From: Candidatus Bathyarchaeia archaeon
GTDB lineage: Archaea; Thermoproteota; Bathyarchaeia; RBG-16-48-13; GCA-020355125
DNA length: 29,397 bases
Direction: 5' to 3'
Assembly (NCBI GenBank): GCA_038826985.1
Contig: JAWBNY010000001.1
Span: forward strand, 1 to 29,397
Part shown: positions 25,208 through 29,397 of the stretch, piece after piece
Layout of the letters: the number at the start of each line of letters is the position of its first letter
Numbering within the stretch: the first letter of the stretch is position 1
The notes under the pieces: model-generated
What the model saw: the letters and a program-made list of their open reading frames with translations, nothing else
The model's database searches: none
Told to the model about the DNA's origin: nothing
Translations under genes and position numbers: made by a program

Positions 25208-26623
25208 ATGCCTGGAAGGTTCCTCTCATTTTTCCGCCCGGTAGCAAGGGTAATGCCAGAGGTTAAAGCCCCTGAGCGCCGTGGAGCATTCAACGAGAAG
25301 CTGCTATGGACTGCCCTAGTTGTGGTATCCTACTTTATACTTTCTGAGATACCAATCTACGGCGCTGTCCGCCAAGAAGGTGACCCATACTACTATCTTA
25401 GAGTGATATTTGCATCTTCCCGAGGCTCCTTAATGGAGTTGGGCATTCAACCTATCGTCACATCAGGTATCATAACGCAGCTAATCTCAAGCTCCGGGTT
25501 GATTGGTTTTGACAGAAATAGTTCCGAGGACCGTGAGACCCTTTCAGGAGTGACAAAATTCTTTGCAATCCTGATGACGGGTTTACTTGCTGCTGCATAC
25601 ATCTTGAGCGGCGTTTATGGAAGAGGACTGTCAACGGGGTTGATGGCGGCGATCTTTGTTCAACTCTTCACGGTCGGTATACTGGTAATCCTCCTTGATG
25701 AGCTGCTCCAGAAGGGTTGGGGGCTAGGGAGCGGGATCAGCCTATTCATAGCGGGAGGCGTGGCCCAGAAGATTATTTGGGACCTGTTCAGCCCTATTCC
25801 GTTTGAGGAGAACGGCAATGTGTTTGGGTCTCTAATCGCGTTCTTCCAGTCTGTATTCAGAGGAGAATCCCTATTATCAGCCTTTGTCAGAAGGTCACGG
25901 CCAGATGCTCCAACAATGTTGGGCTTGCTTGTCACGATAGCCGTATTCCTAGTCGTAATATACATGGAGGCGCTGAAGGTTGAAATCCCAATATCTTATG
26001 CAAAATACCGAGGGTTCAGAGGACAGTATCCGGTGAAGTTTCTATACGTCTCGAACATACCAGTCATTCTTGTTTCCAGCCTCTTCATGGATGTCTACTT
26101 TGTGGCACAAATCATATGGTCTAGATTCAACGCTGCAGGAGACAATATTTGGCTGAATTGGATCGGAGTGTTTAGAGAAAATGAGCCTGTGAGCGGCCTT
26201 GCATATTATATGACATCACCGCGGAACCTCGAAGCTTTCATCGCTGACCCGGTGCGGGGGCTTGTTTACACAGGTCTCCTTGTAGGCTTATGTGTTCTAT
26301 TTGGGATTATTTGGCTTCAGGTTAGTGGCATGGATCCTGCTTCTGTCGCTGAACAGCTTGTTGATTCAGGGCTTCAAATACCTGGGTTTCGAAGGTCGGT
26401 CAAGCCTATCCAAAGCGTTTTGGAGAGGTATATTCCAACAGTAGCCGTGCTTGGGTCGATAGCGGTTGGCCTAGTGGCGTCGGTTTCTGACTTTTTCGGA
26501 GCCTACGGCACGGGAATGGGGATTCTGCTGACCGTTGGAATTCTCTACCAAGTCTACCAAGCGATTGCACAGGAGCAGATGTGGGAAATGTTCCCATTGC
26601 TTAGACGGTTCATAGGCGAGTAG
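25208..26623 (+). CDS. secY: Protein translocase subunit SecY (Sec61 alpha)
   Basis: LPEV-like VMPEV, EKLLWT, GSLMELGI.PIVTS.II.QL, DELLQKGWGLGSGISLFI, YPVKFLYVSNIPVIL, GLQIPGFR, GTG.GILL.VGI. About 10 TM segments. Confidence 0.99.
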   Translation: MPGRFLSFFRPVARVMPEVKAPERRGAFNEKLLWTALVVVSYFILSEIPIYGAVRQEGDPYYYLRVIFASSRGSLMELGIQPIVTSGIITQLISSSGLIGFDRNSSEDRETLSGVTKFFAILMTGLLAAAYILSGVYGRGLSTGLMAAIFVQLFTVGILVILLDELLQKGWGLGSGISLFIAGGVAQKIIWDLFSPIPFEENGNVFGSLIAFFQSVFRGESLLSAFVRRSRPDAPTMLGLLVTIAVFLVVIYMEALKVEIPISYAKYRGFRGQYPVKFLYVSNIPVILVSSLFMDVYFVAQIIWSRFNAAGDNIWLNWIGVFRENEPVSGLAYYMTSPRNLEAFIADPVRGLVYTGLLVGLCVLFGIIWLQVSGMDPASVAEQLVDSGLQIPGFRRSVKPIQSVLERYIPTVAVLGSIAVGLVASVSDFFGAYGTGMGILLTVGILYQVYQAIAQEQMWEMFPLLRRFIGE

Positions 26624-26676
26624 CTCCACCCAGAGAAGGATTTATCGGTGGGCTGAAAAGCCTGTATCTAGAGGAA

Positions 26677-27177
26677 GTGGCCATGGCCAGCTTCGATGTT
26701 CTCCTATATCAGCCAGCGTCAACGCTGTTCGTCCTCCTAGTATCCTTCGCAGCTTGTTTAATGTCTATGATAGTCTACCGCTATACCGTGGACTTAAAGA
26801 GGCTGAGTGAGGTTAGCGAAGAGGTACGGAGGTATAATGAAGATCTTACAAAAGCAAAGAAGAGCGGAGATAAGCAGGCTCTCCGCCGTTTGAAGAGGGA
26901 GGAACGAAGGCTGAGGCAGCTTAGTAGCTACGCTCAGAGGCAAAGGCTCAAGGCTACAATGGTCACGGTCATACCGTTCTCGATTATATCGCTGATGCTT
27001 GGGCTCTTCTATTCGGGAAGAGCTGTTGCAACACTGCCCTTTGAGACACCCTTTGGTAAGGGCTTGAACTTCTATACATGGTATATGCTATGCTATTTTG
27101 CGATTTACTTCCCTCTTACAAGACTGTTCGGGGTCTCAATGAGCTCAGATATACCTCGCTCTGCCCAAGGCAGTTAG
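26677..27177 (+). CDS. DUF106 / EMC3-TMCO1 (Oxa1 superfamily) membrane protein
   Basis: TM1, then a coiled coil (AKKSGDKQALRRL), TM2, and a 'WY.LC' TM3. Canonical position downstream of secY. Confidence 0.88.
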   Translation: MAMASFDVLLYQPASTLFVLLVSFAACLMSMIVYRYTVDLKRLSEVSEEVRRYNEDLTKAKKSGDKQALRRLKREERRLRQLSSYAQRQRLKATMVTVIPFSIISLMLGLFYSGRAVATLPFETPFGKGLNFYTWYMLCYFAIYFPLTRLFGVSMSSDIPRSAQGS

Positions 27178-27188
27178 GAGGTTGTTAA

Positions 27189-27761
27189 ATGAGTCTTGTT
27201 CTTACTATAAGCGGTCTGCATGGGACAGGAAAGTCAACCTATGCTCAAAGGCTGGCGGCAAAGTTTGGGTTGAGGTATTTTTCTGCAGGTAGGCTGTTCA
27301 GAGAACTTGCTAAGAAACGTGGTTTGACGTTAGAGGAGTTAAGTTTGGAGGCCTCTAAGAGAGATGAGTTGGATAGGCTTGTGGATGAGCAGACAAGGAT
27401 TGAAGCTAAGAAAGGAACCGTAGTGATTGACTCGCTTCTAGGAGCATGGGTTACTAAGGACTTGGCCAACCTTAAGATTCTACTTATCGCCCCTGACGAT
27501 GTAAGAATAAAGAGGATTGCTCATAGAGATGCCGTTTCCATCGAAGAAGCTAGGAGGGAAACCCTGTACCGTGAGGAGTTAGAGAGGGGAAGGTTTAAGA
27601 ATTTTTATGATATTGACATTTCAAACCTTTCCATATACGACCTAATCCTGAACACGGGGATTCTTTCCCCTGAAGGGAACATGAAGGTCTTGGAAAGCTT
27701 CGTGGAAGCCTATATAAAGGAACGGAGGTTAGGAAGAGATGCCTGCGGTGGAAGTCGGTAG
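27189..27761 (+). CDS. cmk: Cytidylate kinase (archaeal type)
   Basis: TISGLHGTGKST P-loop, SAGRLFRELAKKRG, R..RIA.RD, RF..FY.IDI..LSIYDLILNT. Canonical position before eL14. Confidence 0.92.
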   Translation: MSLVLTISGLHGTGKSTYAQRLAAKFGLRYFSAGRLFRELAKKRGLTLEELSLEASKRDELDRLVDEQTRIEAKKGTVVIDSLLGAWVTKDLANLKILLIAPDDVRIKRIAHRDAVSIEEARRETLYREELERGRFKNFYDIDISNLSIYDLILNTGILSPEGNMKVLESFVEAYIKERRLGRDACGGSR

Positions 27762-27984
27762 AATCTGCATAAAGAAGAGGGGTAGGGAAGCAGGAAAGCG
27801 GTGTGTTATCGTTGACGTAATCGATAAATCTTTTGTGTTGGTGACTGGGCCAGAGTCGGTGACAGGCGTCAGACGTCGAAGGGCAAATGTGAAGCATCTT
27901 GAGTTCACTGAAGAGTTGGTGGAGATACCGCGTAGGGCTACAGATGAGCAGGTTACTAAAGCATTGGCGAAGTTGAAGACTTAG
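27739..27984 (+). CDS. rpl14e: 50S ribosomal protein eL14
   Basis: MPAVEVGRICIK..GREAG..CVIVDVIDK.FVLVTGP...TGVRRRR.NV.HLE. Confidence 0.97.
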   Translation: MPAVEVGRICIKKRGREAGKRCVIVDVIDKSFVLVTGPESVTGVRRRRANVKHLEFTEELVEIPRRATDEQVTKALAKLKT

Positions 27985-28032
27985 CCTTCTGTTTTCTTTC
28001 TATGCTTCTTTTCTAATAATCTCTACACTGGG

Positions 28033-29031
28033 GTGAGGAAATTATCAGATATTACTCGTAAGCTTCTAGTTAAGGTAGATGAGGAATCGGACCCTAGATA
28101 CGGCTGTGAGCCTTCGAAAAGGCCAATAGGCGACCATCTGAGGTTCGGAGTAGTCAACTTAGATAAACCAAGCGGTCCTACAAGCCATGAGGTTGTGGCG
28201 TGGGTTAAGAGGCTGCTTAAGGTTGGCCATGCAGGACACAGCGGGACTCTAGATCCGAAGGTTACAGGTGTATTGCCAATTGGGTTGGAGGAGGCTACTA
28301 AGGTCATAGGGGTTCTTCTCCTATCGGAGAAGGAGTATGTTTGCGTTCTTAGACTCCACGGGGATGTCTCTGAGGACAAGGTTAGGAAGATTCTGGAGGA
28401 GTTTGTAGGTGAAGTCTATCAACGTCCGCCGCTCCGCTCCTCTGTCTCGAGACTGACCCGAATCAGGAGGATATATTACATTAGAGACTTGGAGTTTAAC
28501 GGAAGGTATGTACTTTTCCGGGTTGGCTGCCAGTCGGGAACATACATTCGTAAGCTTTGCTACGATATTGGTGAAGCACTTGGAGTTGGAGCCCATATGG
28601 CGGAGCTGAGGCGCACTCGCAGCGGCGTCTTCACAGAAAACGAAGGAATGGTAACACTATATGACTTAAGGGAGGCAGTCGATGCCTTATGTGAGAGAGG
28701 AGACGAGTCAGGATTGAGGCGTTGCATCCTACCTATGGAGTTTGCTGTTGGGGGATTGCCGCGTGTCTTTATACGCGACTCAGCGGTAGATTCCATATGT
28801 CATGGTGCTTGGCTTGCGGTTCCAGGTATAGCAAAGCTGGACTCTGGGATCGTTCCAAAGAGGATGGTTGGTCTCTTCTCCCTGAAGGGGGAGCTTGTTG
28901 GACTTGGCCGGGCAGTGATGTCCTCTGAGGAGGTTTTGGCAGTTGACAGGGGGGTTGCGTTTGAGACGGTGCGTGTGGTTATGCCAGCGGGGCTCTATCC
29001 TAGACTTTGGCCTTCTCACAGTCACAGATAG
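28033..29031 (+). CDS. cbf5: H/ACA RNA-guided pseudouridine synthase Cbf5 (TruB family) with PUA domain
   Basis: NLDKPSGPTSHEVV.WVK, catalytic GHSGTLDPKVTGVLP, KEYVC, IYQRPP-like VYQRPPLRSSV, CQSGTYIRKLC.DIG, ELRRTRSG, PUA 'DSAVDSICHGA.LAVPGI'. Uninterrupted. Confidence 0.97.
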   Translation: MRKLSDITRKLLVKVDEESDPRYGCEPSKRPIGDHLRFGVVNLDKPSGPTSHEVVAWVKRLLKVGHAGHSGTLDPKVTGVLPIGLEEATKVIGVLLLSEKEYVCVLRLHGDVSEDKVRKILEEFVGEVYQRPPLRSSVSRLTRIRRIYYIRDLEFNGRYVLFRVGCQSGTYIRKLCYDIGEALGVGAHMAELRRTRSGVFTENEGMVTLYDLREAVDALCERGDESGLRRCILPMEFAVGGLPRVFIRDSAVDSICHGAWLAVPGIAKLDSGIVPKRMVGLFSLKGELVGLGRAVMSSEEVLAVDRGVAFETVRVVMPAGLYPRLWPSHSHR

Positions 29032-29397
29032 ATGGGTGTTTCTCAGATGTTTTTCTGTTGCCTTCCTGTTCCAAGACGTTGTATCTATCTCTGTTGAAGA
29101 GAGGAGGAGTCTAATAAATTGGAGACTCGTAGAGAGCTCAATACTTCAATGGTGAGAGTTAGCTTGGCAGACTGAATAGCCTCAACCTCTTGGTGAGAAC
29201 GATATGTCTGCTAGGCATCGAATGACAATTCTGTAATGCTCTGGAACAGGCTGGTTTCTTGGAATGTAATCCATGCACCCAACCACCGCCTATAAGACCT
29301 TTTAAGTAATCATCGCTCTTGGTAAGTGGCAACAGGGCCGAAATCTTGGCTGGAAGGGATTTGATGACTTATACCGAAGTATACATAAATAGACACC

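Noticed and set aside
28033-29031. Possible bulge-helix-bulge intron in cbf5, as known in some Crenarchaeota
   Set aside because: The reading frame is continuous through the GHSGTLDP catalytic region with normal length and no insertion.
383-29155. Numerous 60-145 aa ORF-track entries antisense to or overlapping identified genes (e.g. 383..730, 3728..4027, 5748..6086, 12792..13064, 19098..19532, 23871..24212)
   Set aside because: They are shadow frames of well-supported genes, with Ser/Thr/Pro/Phe-rich antisense composition, no motifs and no SD or promoter.
29032-29397. Possible gene downstream of cbf5
   Set aside because: All six frames are interrupted or lack a start or motif within the window; it cannot be assigned without flanking sequence.
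1-29397. tRNA, rRNA, CRISPR array, IS element or integrase
   Set aside because: No cloverleaf/T-arm signature, rRNA-like tract, regularly spaced direct repeats or transposase/recombinase motifs seen by eye. tRNAscan-SE and Infernal were not run.

Overview
Archaeal genomic window, inferred to be TACK and Bathyarchaeia-like (MPNWGY-type uL22 N-terminus, no SUI1 gene between rpl29 and rnp1). The left 12 kb is a mixed metabolic and RNA-modification region. It holds a TldD protease truncated at the window edge, glnA divergent from a RimK-type ATP-grasp ligase with a probable CTG start, a stand-alone Lrp/AsnC ligand-binding domain, and a minus-strand unit made of a 9-Cys zinc-ribbon miniprotein plus two tandem CoA-disulfide-reductase/NADH-oxidase paralogs. 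rnhB, trm1 and rlmE follow. The right 17 kb is the S10-spc ribosomal protein cluster (rpl3 to secY), then DUF106, cmk, rpl14e and cbf5. The cluster has unusual features: an intact radA sits between rpl2 and rps19 with promoter-like boxes before radA, rps19 and rpl22; uL24 lacks its usual N-terminus; adk and rpl34e are absent; and many genes start on non-AUG codons. I found no tRNA, rRNA, CRISPR array, transposase or integrase. All assignments come from motif recognition by eye; no database search was run.
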